Shown: positions 19,733-29,018 of the stretch, in pieces
How the letters are laid out: each line of letters opens with the position of its first letter
Position numbering within the stretch: the stretch's first letter is position 1
Source: an uncultured Gemmatimonadales bacterium
Lineage (GTDB): Bacteria; Gemmatimonadota; Gemmatimonadetes; Gemmatimonadales; Gemmatimonadaceae
DNA: 64,000 nucleotides
Reading direction: 5' to 3'
Assembly (NCBI GenBank): GCA_963701965.1
Contig: OY969695.1
Span: forward strand, 4,608,001-4,672,000
Program-made: the position numbers and the translations under genes
Notes under the pieces: generated by a model
The model's input: only the letters and a program-made list of their open reading frames with translations
Databases searched by the model: none
Told to the model about the DNA's origin: nothing

Positions 19733-22509
19733 GGATGCTGGCGGGCGACGATGATGATCGTCGCGAGGCTCCCGACGACTTGCGCCGCAAGCAAGAGGTA
19801 CTGGGCGGTTTGGACTTCGTTCGCGCGGAACTCCTTCTCGGGAACGTAGACCGCGGCGCCGGGTTTTGGCTGGGGCACGTTGTCGGGCAACAAGAAGTGG
19901 TGGTTGATCGCCTGTACCTTCCCGTTGGGTTGCGTCACATACGCGCGTCCCACATCGGCCTTGCGGCCCGGTCCGCCCGCCGCGCGGATGTAGTAGTTGA
20001 TGTCTTGGCCCGATACGTAGGCGATGGCCGTCGGCGCGTTGACCTCGCCCGCCACCCGCACGATGCCACTATAGGTCGGCACGAACAACGAATCGCCATC
20101 CTGAAGGATGAGGTTGTCGCGTGACTTGGGATCGTCGAGTGCCGCGGGCAGGTCGGCGCCAACGCGCCCGGTCCGGTCCAGGTGTCGGTAGAGCATCATG
20201 CCTTCGGCGTACGCGGCTTTGGTCACGCCGCCCGCGCGCCCAATGACATCACTCAAGCGCTCCGTCTTTCGCGTGAGCGTGTAGCGGCCAGGGAACGCGA
20301 CTTCTCCGCCCACGACCACGGTACGCGGGAGCTGGAAGTCCGGTTCGCGCAGGATCAATACGTTGTCGTACGGCTGCAACGTCACTTCCGGAGCCCCCGC
20401 CGCCGCAACCTGTACGCCCGGTGGACCGCGATAGGCGGCGGCTCCGTTCCGCTCGAACAAGTACGTCGAGTCGAGCGGCACGCGAATCGTCGTCGCCGTC
20501 ACTCCACCAGCGCGGTTCTCCGGCAACCGGGCGATCTCCGCTTCCTGCAAATAGGCCCCGTCCGTCACGCCGCCGGCGAGCAGCACGATGTCGCGCATGG
20601 TCATGCCATCGTGATACTGAAACCGCCCGCTTTTCCGCACAGCACCCGCGATGGCCACGTAGCGCCGCGGCCGAAAGTCCCGCACCGAAAAGATCCGAAT
20701 GTCGTCGTCTTCTTTCAGGAAAATGTCGTCGGTCGGCGTGCCACTCGTATCCCGGAGCGCCGAGCGCAGCTGCTGTCGCGTCGAGTCGGGTTGCATGCGC
20801 GCGATGAGCACCTGACCCAGGTAGGCGTCGGGCTTGACGCCGCCGGCGACCTTGAGCGCGTCGGACAGGCGCATGCCTGGCGCCAAGCCCTGCGGCCCTG
20901 GCTGCCAGACATCGCCGCTCACGGTGATCCGGTCGTGCACGCGCGGCGCGATCGCGAAGACCCGGACACTGTCGCCCGGAAAGAGGGGAAGGGCGGGACC
21001 CGTCGCGGTGTCGAGCTGATCCGAGGACACGTCGATCACGACGCGATCGTGCCCACCGAGTCCGCGCTGGTCGGGCGGGAGGATGCGGGTGATCTGCACG
21101 AAGCGGCGCGAGGCGCCGGCTTGAAACCCACCGGCGTCGCGCAACGCGTCCCGGAGGGTCTCCCCCGGCATCAGTTCGTAGACGGCCGGCCGGATGACCT
21201 CGCCCGCCACCTTGACTTGCGGACCGTGGACCGGCACGAACACGACGTCGCCACTCTGCAACCGGGTGTCGTGCAATGCATCACCATGGAGCAGGTAGTC
21301 GTACACGTCCAGGGAATCGACGAGCGCGCCGCCCCGTCGGATCAACACACGTCGCAGCGAACCGTTGAGGGTCGGGCCACCCGCGGCATAGATCGCGGTC
21401 AACGCCGTACCGGCGCTCGAGATCTGGTAGCTACCCGGTTCCTTGACATCGCCGACCACGTAGACCTGGTTGCTGCGCAGCCGGGCGACGCTCACCGAGA
21501 AGTGTGTCGTGGCGCCAGGGCCCCGCTTGACACCCGAGTACACGCGACCGAGGCGTGCATACAGCACGTCATCGAGCTGGGCGAGCGTCAGATTGTTGAC
21601 GTTGACCTGTCCAACCTGCGGTATGACGACGAACCCTTCGCGCGTGACCATGAGCGGATCGGCGTGTTCGACGTCGCCCGTGAGGATCAGCACCAGCTGG
21701 TCACCCGGGCCAAGCTTGTAGTTCGCGTCGATTGGTCCGGCGAGATTGGGTTGGAAGAGATTCTTGCCCCGCTGTCGAAACAGATTCAACCCGAAGATGT
21801 CGAGCGTGGGCGGCAGAGGAGGGCCGCGCAGGATGCGCCGTCGCATGAACGCGTTGGCGTACGCCGTGTCGGTCACCAGCCCGCGGTTTCGTGGGTTGGC
21901 GGTGACCGCCCCCAACACCGTACCAGCGAGTGGACCCTTACTGTTGCGGTCGATCGCCATCGAGTCCGACTCGGCCATCGTCGCCGAGTCAGCAAGGGAG
22001 TCGAACACATAGGGGTCCGGCAATTTTGGGGCGGCGCGCTCGGCGGCGCGCGCCCGGGTCAGGCTATCGTAGTACGCGCGATAGTAGGCCTCGTAATAGG
22101 CGGAGTCGCTCGTGTCCGCCCCCATGCGCTGCATCCCGGGACGACCATTCCGGAGCGCGATCGAATCGATCCCGCTCGTGGGCATGGTGTCGGTGGCCGT
22201 GGAGTCGACGAGGCCAAGGAGGGAGACGGCGTCGAGTTGGTCCTCAGTCGGCACCGAGTCAGTCGGGGTCCCACGTCCCAGGTATCCGTTGAGCAGACTC
22301 TCGGGATATCCGGCCGCGCGCAAACGCGCGCGAATCTGGTCGGGGGTCAAGCCACTCTGCTGAATCTTGGCCTGGAGCTGCCCACCCAGGTTCTGATTCT
22401 GGAGCTGTTGAAGTTGTGCCGGCGAAGGCGAGCCACCGGGAACCTGCGCGGACAGCCGTCCAACGCCGCACGCGATGCCGGCCACTACGATCAGCGACCG
22501 CAGTTGCAA
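19729..22509 (-). CDS. SLBB-repeat polysaccharide export protein (Wza/KpsD-like); true start probably ATG 22523 with a 1-nt deletion
   Basis: Signal peptide, Poly_export motif YKLGPGDQL, several SLBB repeats (V.GEV..PG.Y...AGG), C-terminal hydrophobic helix. Confidence 0.88.
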   Translation of the reverse strand: MQLRSLIVVAGIACGVGRLSAQVPGGSPSPAQLQQLQNQNLGGQLQAKIQQSGLTPDQIRARLRAAGYPESLLNGYLGRGTPTDSVPTEDQLDAVSLLGLVDSTATDTMPTSGIDSIALRNGRPGMQRMGADTSDSAYYEAYYRAYYDSLTRARAAERAAPKLPDPYVFDSLADSATMAESDSMAIDRNSKGPLAGTVLGAVTANPRNRGLVTDTAYANAFMRRRILRGPPLPPTLDIFGLNLFRQRGKNLFQPNLAGPIDANYKLGPGDQLVLILTGDVEHADPLMVTREGFVVIPQVGQVNVNNLTLAQLDDVLYARLGRVYSGVKRGPGATTHFSVSVARLRSNQVYVVGDVKEPGSYQISSAGTALTAIYAAGGPTLNGSLRRVLIRRGGALVDSLDVYDYLLHGDALHDTRLQSGDVVFVPVHGPQVKVAGEVIRPAVYELMPGETLRDALRDAGGFQAGASRRFVQITRILPPDQRGLGGHDRVVIDVSSDQLDTATGPALPLFPGDSVRVFAIAPRVHDRITVSGDVWQPGPQGLAPGMRLSDALKVAGGVKPDAYLGQVLIARMQPDSTRQQLRSALRDTSGTPTDDIFLKEDDDIRIFSVRDFRPRRYVAIAGAVRKSGRFQYHDGMTMRDIVLLAGGVTDGAYLQEAEIARLPENRAGGVTATTIRVPLDSTYLFERNGAAAYRGPPGVQVAAAGAPEVTLQPYDNVLILREPDFQLPRTVVVGGEVAFPGRYTLTRKTERLSDVIGRAGGVTKAAYAEGMMLYRHLDRTGRVGADLPAALDDPKSRDNLILQDGDSLFVPTYSGIVRVAGEVNAPTAIAYVSGQDINYYIRAAGGPGRKADVGRAYVTQPNGKVQAINHHFLLPDNVPQPKPGAAVYVPEKEFRANEVQTAQYLLLAAQVVGSLATIIIVARQHP

Positions 22510-22578
22510 ATGTACCTGCGCATAGGAAAGGGTACGGGACTCGAAAGCGCCAGCGCGACGCGACGGGGGTGGAGAGCA

Positions 22579-22652
22579 TGGTCGCGCAGGGACTCGAACC
22601 CCGGACCTCTGGTATGTGAGACCAGCGCTCTAACCAGCTGAGCTACGCGACC
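22579..22652 (-). tRNA. tRNA-Val(CAC), CCA not encoded
   Basis: Cloverleaf: acceptor GGTCGCG/CGCGACC, anticodon arm CTGGT-CTCACAT-ACCAG, T-loop TTCGAGT. Confidence 0.95.
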
Positions 22653-22666
22653 GCGAAACAAGACTA

Positions 22667-22695
22667 ATTGTACGGTATATGCGGGACGGGGCCAA
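22667..22695 (-). promoter_or_regulatory. sigma70-type promoter for tRNA-Val
   Basis: TTGGCC-N17-TACAAT on the minus strand just upstream of the tRNA. Confidence 0.6.
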
Positions 22696-22811
22696 GGGTA
22701 GCGGGGGCTCCCCTTCTCGCGCGCAAAGTGTAATATCGAGCGCAGCGCGCGGGTAGTCGGGACCTGCGCTGGCGAGAAGCCAACCCTTCTTTGCCCCTCA
22801 CGGAGGCTCGC

Positions 22812-24194
22812 ATGCCGGTGTTCACGTTCCTCGATCGCGATCATGCGATCGCTGGGCCCGGGTATTCGCGCTGGTTGGTACCGCCGGCGGCGCTGGCGAT
22901 TCACCTCTGCATCGGACAGGTCTACGCGCTGAGCGTGTTCAAGATCCCGCTGTCGCAACTGATCGGGAATTCGCCGAGTGCGCCGGGGAATTGGTCCCAG
23001 GGGACGATTTCCCATCTCTTCCAGGTCGCCATCGTCTTTCTCGGCTTGTCGGCCGCGATCTTCGGCGCGTGGCTCGAACGCGTGGGTCCGCGCCGCGCGA
23101 TGTTCACGTCCGCCCTGTGTTTTTCCGGCGGGTTTCTGGTGGGTGCGCTGGGCATCGCGCTGCATCAGTTCTGGCTGGTCATTCTGGGATATGGCGTCCT
23201 GGGAGGCATCGGCCTCGGCATCGGATACATCTCGCCCGTTTCGACGCTGATTAAATGGTTTCCGGACCGCCCGGGTATGGCCACCGGTCTCGCGATCATG
23301 GGCTTCGGCGGCGGCGCGTTGATTGCCTCGCCGCTCTCCGTTGGCCTGATGAGCTTCTATCGCACGGCCGGGTCGCAGGGTGTCTTGGAAACGTGGGTGA
23401 CGATGGGGATCCTGTACTTCGTCTTCATGATGTTCGGGGTCTTCACCGTCCGCTTGCCGGCGCCGGGGTGGGCGCCTGTTGGATACTCGGGGGGATCGAC
23501 CGGGCGCATGATCACCCGGGCGAATGTCACGGTCAACGACGCGATGCGCACGCCCCAGTTCTATCTCCTGTGGATCATGCTGTGCGTGAACGTCACGGCC
23601 GGGATCGGCGTGATCGAGCAAGCGTCGCCGATGATCCAGGAACTGTTCCCCGGCGTCATCACGGCGGCGGCCGCGGCCGGATTCGTCGGTGTGCTGAGTC
23701 TCGCCAACATGTCCGGACGATTCCTATGGTCCAGCTTCTCCAATGTCATCGGGCGACGGGCGACATTCGCGACGTTCTTCGCGCTGGGGGCGGTCTTGTA
23801 TTGGGCGATTCCCCTCGCGGGGCACACTGGGAAGGTCTGGCTCTTCGTGCTCATCGGCGTGGTGGTCCTGACCATGTACGGCGGTGGGTTCGCGACCATT
23901 CCGGCGTATCTGCGCGACATGTTCGGCACCATGCAGGTGGGCGCCATCCACGGCCGACTCTTGACGGCGTGGTCGATCGCGGGCGTCTTGGGTCCGCTCA
24001 TCGTGAATCGCCTTCGGCAGTCGCAAATCGACGCCGGCGTGGCCAAGTCGGATGCCTATACTCTGAGCATGCACCTCATGGCCGGCCTGCTATGCGTCGG
24101 CTTCGTCGCCAATCTCTTCGTCCAGCCGGTCGACGCCCGCCATCACGCCGACCGCGTGGTGGGCCCGTCCAAGGCCGTGGGGGCCACGCAATGA
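22812..24194 (+). CDS. OFA-family (oxalate/formate antiporter-like) MFS transporter
   Basis: GGAGG SD, RW.VPPAALAIHL.IGQVYA, GYISPVSTLIKWFPDRPG.ATG.AIMGFGGG, 12 TM segments. Confidence 0.9.
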   Translation: MPVFTFLDRDHAIAGPGYSRWLVPPAALAIHLCIGQVYALSVFKIPLSQLIGNSPSAPGNWSQGTISHLFQVAIVFLGLSAAIFGAWLERVGPRRAMFTSALCFSGGFLVGALGIALHQFWLVILGYGVLGGIGLGIGYISPVSTLIKWFPDRPGMATGLAIMGFGGGALIASPLSVGLMSFYRTAGSQGVLETWVTMGILYFVFMMFGVFTVRLPAPGWAPVGYSGGSTGRMITRANVTVNDAMRTPQFYLLWIMLCVNVTAGIGVIEQASPMIQELFPGVITAAAAAGFVGVLSLANMSGRFLWSSFSNVIGRRATFATFFALGAVLYWAIPLAGHTGKVWLFVLIGVVVLTMYGGGFATIPAYLRDMFGTMQVGAIHGRLLTAWSIAGVLGPLIVNRLRQSQIDAGVAKSDAYTLSMHLMAGLLCVGFVANLFVQPVDARHHADRVVGPSKAVGATQ

Positions 24195-24289
24195 AAGGGC
24201 GACTCTGGGTGTCCTGGGCGGTCGTGGGGATTCCGCTGCTGTGGGGCATCGTCGAAGTGGTCAAGAAGTCGCTGGCGCTGTTCCAGTAG
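24191..24289 (+). CDS. 32-aa single-TM partner peptide of the MFS transporter
   Basis: ATGA overlap with the MFS stop codon; MKGRLWVSWAVVGIPLLWGIVEVVKKSLALFQ. Confidence 0.7.
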   Translation: MKGRLWVSWAVVGIPLLWGIVEVVKKSLALFQ

Positions 24290-25193
24290 ATTTTCGGGCG
24301 ACGATCCAAATCGCGTCGTAAATGTTGACCCCCGCCGCGGCCTGCAACCAGCCGCAGGCGGCGTACACGATCGCTTCTTTGATCCCTTTGACGCCCGCCG
24401 CGACGTAGAACGGATCGAGTCCGTTCTCGATCACCGTGAAACCCGTGGCCTCCAGGAAACGCTGGAGCACCTCGGGGGTGAAGTGCGAGAGATGGATCTC
24501 GTCCATCCCGCCCTCCAGCGTGATCCGCGGCAGGTCCGGGCTCGCGGCGGGCGCCGCGCCGTTCGACCGGACCCGCGCGAGGAGGCGCCCGAGCAGGCGC
24601 CGGATCTTGCGGGGCTTTCCGCGGAGCGACAGCACGTCGTTCGGGACGGCGATCACGACAACCCCGCCCGGCGCCAGGAGGGCGTAACAGCGCTCGATGA
24701 CCGAGCGAGGGTTGGGGACGTGCTCGAGGACGTGAAACAGCGTGATCGTGTCGAACTGGCGCCGTCCGAGTGGGGCGGTTTCGATCGGGCCCTCGGTGAG
24801 CGTCAGGCCGTACCGGTCCCGCGCAATGGCGATGGCACTCGTCGAGATCTCCGTGCCATGTATGTCGGTCGCTACGCGCCGCGCGTGGTGGAGGAACTGG
24901 CCAATGCCGGCGCCGACGTCGAGCAGCGACCCGCCCCGAGCATGTCGCGCGAGCTTTCGGACGCGCCGTTGCCAGAGCCGGTCGCGCGGCCGGGCGTCCC
25001 GCATCCACCCGTCGTACTTCGTCGGACGCGAGTAGAAGGCCGTGATCGCCAGGGTCGTGGGTCGTGGGCTGTCGAAAATGTAGCCGCACGCGCGACACGC
25101 GCACATGTTGGCTCCAGGATCGACGCTCGCCACGTCGCGGCTCCCACACAGCGCGCACACCGCGACGACTTCCAAATTCGCTTCCGTGCCCAT
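24261..25193 (-). CDS. Class I SAM-dependent methyltransferase with N-terminal CxxC..CxxC
   Basis: CALC/CRAC, LLDVGAGIG, G.EIS, FD.ITLFHVLEHVPNP, L.PGG. Confidence 0.87.
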   Translation of the reverse strand: MGTEANLEVVAVCALCGSRDVASVDPGANMCACRACGYIFDSPRPTTLAITAFYSRPTKYDGWMRDARPRDRLWQRRVRKLARHARGGSLLDVGAGIGQFLHHARRVATDIHGTEISTSAIAIARDRYGLTLTEGPIETAPLGRRQFDTITLFHVLEHVPNPRSVIERCYALLAPGGVVVIAVPNDVLSLRGKPRKIRRLLGRLLARVRSNGAAPAASPDLPRITLEGGMDEIHLSHFTPEVLQRFLEATGFTVIENGLDPFYVAAGVKGIKEAIVYAACGWLQAAAGVNIYDAIWIVARKSTGTAPATS

Positions 25194-25195
25194 AA

Positions 25196-25269
25196 TGCGC
25201 CCTGCAGGGCTTGAACCTGCGACCGTCGGATTATGAGTCCGCTGCTCTAACCAGCTGAGCTAAGGGCGC
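25196..25269 (-). tRNA. tRNA with CAT anticodon, most likely Ile2 (lysidine type); CCA not encoded
   Basis: Acceptor GCGCCCT/AGGGCGC, loop CTCATAA, T-arm GCAGG-TTCAAGC-CCTGC. Lacks initiator features (no C1 mismatch, no GGG/CCC) and resembles ileX-type tRNAs. Confidence 0.88.
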
Positions 25270-25277
25270 GCATCGAG

Positions 25278-25306
25278 AGGTTATCCGGCGCTTCAGGCCT
25301 GGTCAA
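25278..25306 (-). promoter_or_regulatory. sigma70-type promoter for tRNA-Ile2
   Basis: TTGACC-N17-TAACCT on the minus strand. Confidence 0.65.
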
Positions 25307-26301
25307 GCCGAGTGTTGATGATGATCGTCGAACGCCTCCATGACCTCCGCCGCCGACACCGTCGCGGCGCCGAGCTTCCCGACCTCGACGCCGGCCGCAT
25401 AGTTGGCGATGATCGCCGCCTCGACGGGTGTGGCGCCCCCGGCAAGCGTGGCCGCCAGGTACGCGGTCACCGTGTCGCCGGCGCCGACGACGTCATAGAC
25501 GGCGCGCGCCGTCGTCGGCACGCGATGCGACGAGCCATCGGGCTCGATCAGCACCATGCCGCGCTCGCCGAGCGTCAGCAGGAGGTGGCGCACGCCGAGA
25601 CGGTCCAACGTCGCGTGCAGCGCGGCGGGTGCGTCCAGGTCGACCGCGGCGCCGAGGGCACTCTCCAACTCGCGGCGGTTCGGCTTGAAAATGGTTGCCC
25701 CGCCGTACTGGAAGAAATTCCGGTACTTGGGATCGACCACGACCGGAATGCCGCGCGCCGTCGCGGCGTCGACGGCGGCGCGGATGACTCGGGGCACGAG
25801 AACGCCCTTGTTGTAATCCTCGAGCACCACGGCGTCCGCATCGGCGACGGCTTGGCGCACCGCTTCCAACAGGCGCTCGACCTCGTCGCCCGCGATGTCC
25901 GTGTCCTCTTCCTCGTCGAACCGTACGACCTGTTGCACGCGTGCCAGCACCCGGGTCTTGGTCGTGGTGGGCCGGGCGACCGACACCAGCGCCCGTGGAT
26001 CCGCGGGAAGCGCGACCATCATCGCCCGCACCGCCATTCCGGGAACGTCGTCCCCGATGGCGGCGACCAGCTCGCACCCGGCGCCGAGGGCGACCACATT
26101 CTGCGCGACGTTGGCGGCGCCGCCGAGCGCCTGCAGGCGCTCCCGCACGCGGACGACAGGAACGGGGGCCTCCGGCGAGATGCGGTCGACGTCGCCCCGA
26201 AGGTACACATCCAGCATCGCGTCACCGATCACCGCCACCCGGACGCGCCGCGCCCGATCCAGCAGTGCGGTGAGTCGCGCGCGCGCGATCAATGGTGGCA
26301 T
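25303..26301 (-). CDS. rfaE1: D-glycero-beta-D-manno-heptose-7-phosphate kinase (HldA/RfaE1, PfkB family)
   Basis: GD.MLD.Y..G.V.RISPEAPVPV, GGAANVA, DYNKG, VDPK, KPN..E, DV.GAGDTV. Confidence 0.92.
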   Translation of the reverse strand: MPPLIARARLTALLDRARRVRVAVIGDAMLDVYLRGDVDRISPEAPVPVVRVRERLQALGGAANVAQNVVALGAGCELVAAIGDDVPGMAVRAMMVALPADPRALVSVARPTTTKTRVLARVQQVVRFDEEEDTDIAGDEVERLLEAVRQAVADADAVVLEDYNKGVLVPRVIRAAVDAATARGIPVVVDPKYRNFFQYGGATIFKPNRRELESALGAAVDLDAPAALHATLDRLGVRHLLLTLGERGMVLIEPDGSSHRVPTTARAVYDVVGAGDTVTAYLAATLAGGATPVEAAIIANYAAGVEVGKLGAATVSAAEVMEAFDDHHQHSA

Positions 26302-26361
26302 GCGGGAGGGTAAATCATGCGCCGGCATCGGCACAAGGCTTGCCTGTCCTATATTGGAGCC

Positions 26362-27183
26362 GTGGGAGCCTCCTCGTCGTCGGTCATGTCGCGGCTGAAC
26401 AATGCCGCGAAAAACCGCGTCCTTGTCATACAGAACTTCGCGCTACTGGCCTGGAATGCCACGCGCTTCATTTTCGCGCGCCCCTTCTACGCCGTGGACG
26501 TCGTGCAGCAGATGGATTCCATCGGCGTGGACTCCCTCGGCATCGTGCTGCTGACGGGATTCTTCACCGGGATGGTCCTGGCGCTCCAGTCGTCCAACAG
26601 CTTGGCGGGATTCGGCGCGACGCTATACGTGGGCCGCCTGGTGACCGCGTCAATGATTCGCGAGTTGGGACCGGTGCTCGCTGGCCTCATGGTGGCGGGA
26701 CGCGTGGGGTCCGGCATCGCCGCCGAGATCGGCTCGATGCGGGTCACCGAACAGATCGACGCCCTCAACACCCTGGGCACCGATCCGATCAAAAAACTGG
26801 TGACGCCGCGCCTCATCGCCGCGCTCATCATGCTGCCCGTGCTCACCACGATCAACGACGTCGTCGGCATCGTCGGCGGCAACGTCATCGGCTCCGTGGT
26901 CGTGGGCGTGCCCTCGTCGCTGTATTGGCATACGGTGTGGCAGCAAATCGCCTCCGATGGATTCGTCCTGCGATTCGTGCCGGAGGACTTCATCCAAGGA
27001 CTGGTCAAGCCGTTTCTGTTCGGCGGCATCATCGCCCTGTCCGGCGCCTATCACGGCCTGGCGACCACGGGCGGCACCGAAGGCGTAGGGTTGAGCACGA
27101 CGCGCACGGTCGTTTCGGCCAGCATCGGGATCCTGATCGTCGACTACTTCGTCACCCAGCTGCTGCTCACCATCCTGCCGTGA
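26362..27183 (+). CDS. mlaE: MlaE-family ABC permease
   Basis: RELGPVL..LM.AGR.GS.IAAEIGSM.VTEQIDAL..LG.DP. Confidence 0.92.
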   Translation: MGASSSSVMSRLNNAAKNRVLVIQNFALLAWNATRFIFARPFYAVDVVQQMDSIGVDSLGIVLLTGFFTGMVLALQSSNSLAGFGATLYVGRLVTASMIRELGPVLAGLMVAGRVGSGIAAEIGSMRVTEQIDALNTLGTDPIKKLVTPRLIAALIMLPVLTTINDVVGIVGGNVIGSVVVGVPSSLYWHTVWQQIASDGFVLRFVPEDFIQGLVKPFLFGGIIALSGAYHGLATTGGTEGVGLSTTRTVVSASIGILIVDYFVTQLLLTILP

Positions 27184-28013
27184 GTGACGCCGAACCGCCC
27201 CGGGCCGCCGTCGTGCGCCGCGCGATCCGCCGCGAGCTGGCCGCCGATCAGGAACCGGCGCCGGACACGGCGGGCCAGGACCAACCCGTCGTGTCGCTGG
27301 AGCACATCTCCCTGGCCTTCGAGACGCCGGTCCTCGAGGACGTCTCGTTCGTCGCCCGGTCCGGCGAGACCATCGCCGTGGTCGGCGAGTCGGGGACCGG
27401 CAAATCCACGCTGCTCAAGCTCATTCTGCGGTTACTCGTCCCCGACGACGGACGCGTGCTGATCCGCGGTCAGGACATCACGCACCTGGACTTCGAGGAG
27501 GCGTTGAAGGTCCGCCAGCAAATGGGCATGGTGTTTCAGGGCTCGGCGCTGTTCGACTCGATGACGGTGTTCGAGAACATCGCCTATCCCCTGCGCGAGC
27601 ACACGACGATGAGCGAGGACGAAATCGACGCCCGGGTGCGTGAAAAACTGTCGTTCGTCGATCTGGAGGTGGACCGCGTGATGCCGCTGCTGCCCTCGGA
27701 GCTGTCGGGGGGCATGCGGAAGCGCGTGGGCATCGCCCGCGCCATGGCCAACAACGCGCCGATCATGCTCTACGACGAGCCGACGTCGGGCCTCGATCCG
27801 CTCACGACCGGCACCATCACGCGGCTCATCATGAAACTCCAACGCGAGCTGGGCGTGACCAGCGTGGTCGTCACGCACGACATTCGATCGGCCAACCGCA
27901 TGGCCAGCGCCATCGCGCTGCTGCACGAACATTCCATCGCGTTCTTTGGCACGCCGGAAGAGATGGCGGCCAACGACAACCCGTACATCCGCGACTTTCT
28001 CGGGGGCCTCTGA
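27180..28013 (+). CDS. mlaF: MlaF-family ABC ATP-binding protein
   Basis: GESGTGKS, FQGSALFDS, LSGGMRKRVGIARA, YDEPTSGLDP. Confidence 0.92.
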   Translation: MSDAEPPRAAVVRRAIRRELAADQEPAPDTAGQDQPVVSLEHISLAFETPVLEDVSFVARSGETIAVVGESGTGKSTLLKLILRLLVPDDGRVLIRGQDITHLDFEEALKVRQQMGMVFQGSALFDSMTVFENIAYPLREHTTMSEDEIDARVREKLSFVDLEVDRVMPLLPSELSGGMRKRVGIARAMANNAPIMLYDEPTSGLDPLTTGTITRLIMKLQRELGVTSVVVTHDIRSANRMASAIALLHEHSIAFFGTPEEMAANDNPYIRDFLGGL

Positions 28014-28015
28014 CT

Positions 28016-28993
28016 ATGAAACGATCGACCAACATCTCCTGGGAGGAGTTGCGCGTGGGCGTCGTGATCTTGGTGGCGGTGGTCGCCGGGATCATCGCCA
28101 TGTTCAAGCTCGGCGAAGCGGCGAGCCTGTTCGCGTCCCGCTACACGCTGGTGGCCTATCTCAAGGACGCCAAGGGGATCGCCAAAGGTGGGGAAGTCAC
28201 CATCGACGGACAGACCGCCGGATCGATCCAGTCGATCGAGTTCCTGCCCGTGTCCAACGACACGACGCGCAACCTCAAGGTCGTCGTCGAGTTGGACAAG
28301 CGCCTGCAGGCGCAGGTGCGCGGTGACAGTCGCGCCACGTTGGCGCCGCTCGGATTGCTGGGGGACAAGATCTTCAACATCTCGTCGGGCACCGTGAAGT
28401 ACAACGTCCTCCGCCCCGGTGACGTCATTCCGCTCGGCAACTCGCTGGACTACGACCAGGTGCTGGCCCAGGCCGGCGCTGCCGTCAACGCGCTGGTGTC
28501 GCTGACGCAAGACCTCAAGTCGATCTCGGGCGGGATCATCAAGGGCGAGGGCACCATGGGGCAGCTCGTCACCAACCGCTCGCTGTACGACGCGCTGACG
28601 GGAACACTCCAACAAACCAACGCCCTCATCGCGCGCCTGGAAAACCGGCAGGGGACGATCGGCCATCTCATCAATGACCCGGCGCTCTATCAGAACCTGA
28701 CGGCGGCGGTGGCATCCATCGACTCGTTGGCGGCGGCGCTCACCTCGCGGCAGACCACGATCGGCCGCATGCTGCGCGACGATACGCTGTACACGCACTT
28801 GGTCAGCCTCACCGTCGGCGCCGACTCCCTCGTGCGGAACGTCGGCCAAGGCCAGGGTTTCGCCGGGAAGATGCTCCGCGACCAACAGCTCTACGACCAG
28901 TTACTGAAAGCGGTCACCGATCTCAACACGGTGCTGGCCGACGTGAAGCGCGACCCGAAGAAGTACACGCGAGGCCTGATCAAGGTCTTTTGA
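28016..28993 (+). CDS. mlaD: MlaD/MCE-family protein
   Basis: N-terminal TM, MCE domain (GLLGDK), repeated G.G.L..D..LY helical extension. Confidence 0.88.
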   Translation: MKRSTNISWEELRVGVVILVAVVAGIIAMFKLGEAASLFASRYTLVAYLKDAKGIAKGGEVTIDGQTAGSIQSIEFLPVSNDTTRNLKVVVELDKRLQAQVRGDSRATLAPLGLLGDKIFNISSGTVKYNVLRPGDVIPLGNSLDYDQVLAQAGAAVNALVSLTQDLKSISGGIIKGEGTMGQLVTNRSLYDALTGTLQQTNALIARLENRQGTIGHLINDPALYQNLTAAVASIDSLAAALTSRQTTIGRMLRDDTLYTHLVSLTVGADSLVRNVGQGQGFAGKMLRDQQLYDQLLKAVTDLNTVLADVKRDPKKYTRGLIKVF

Positions 28994-29018
28994 TGGCGTT
29001 GTCGTTAAGTTGCCCCCC

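Noticed and set aside
2624..22578. EPS locus as an integrated mobile island at tRNA-Val
   Set aside because: No integrase or transposase, and no duplicated tRNA 3' end was found by eye at the far boundary.
25196..25269. CAT-anticodon tRNA as initiator tRNA-fMet
   Set aside because: It has a paired G1-C72 and lacks the three consecutive G-C pairs in the anticodon stem. Elongator Met is not fully excluded.
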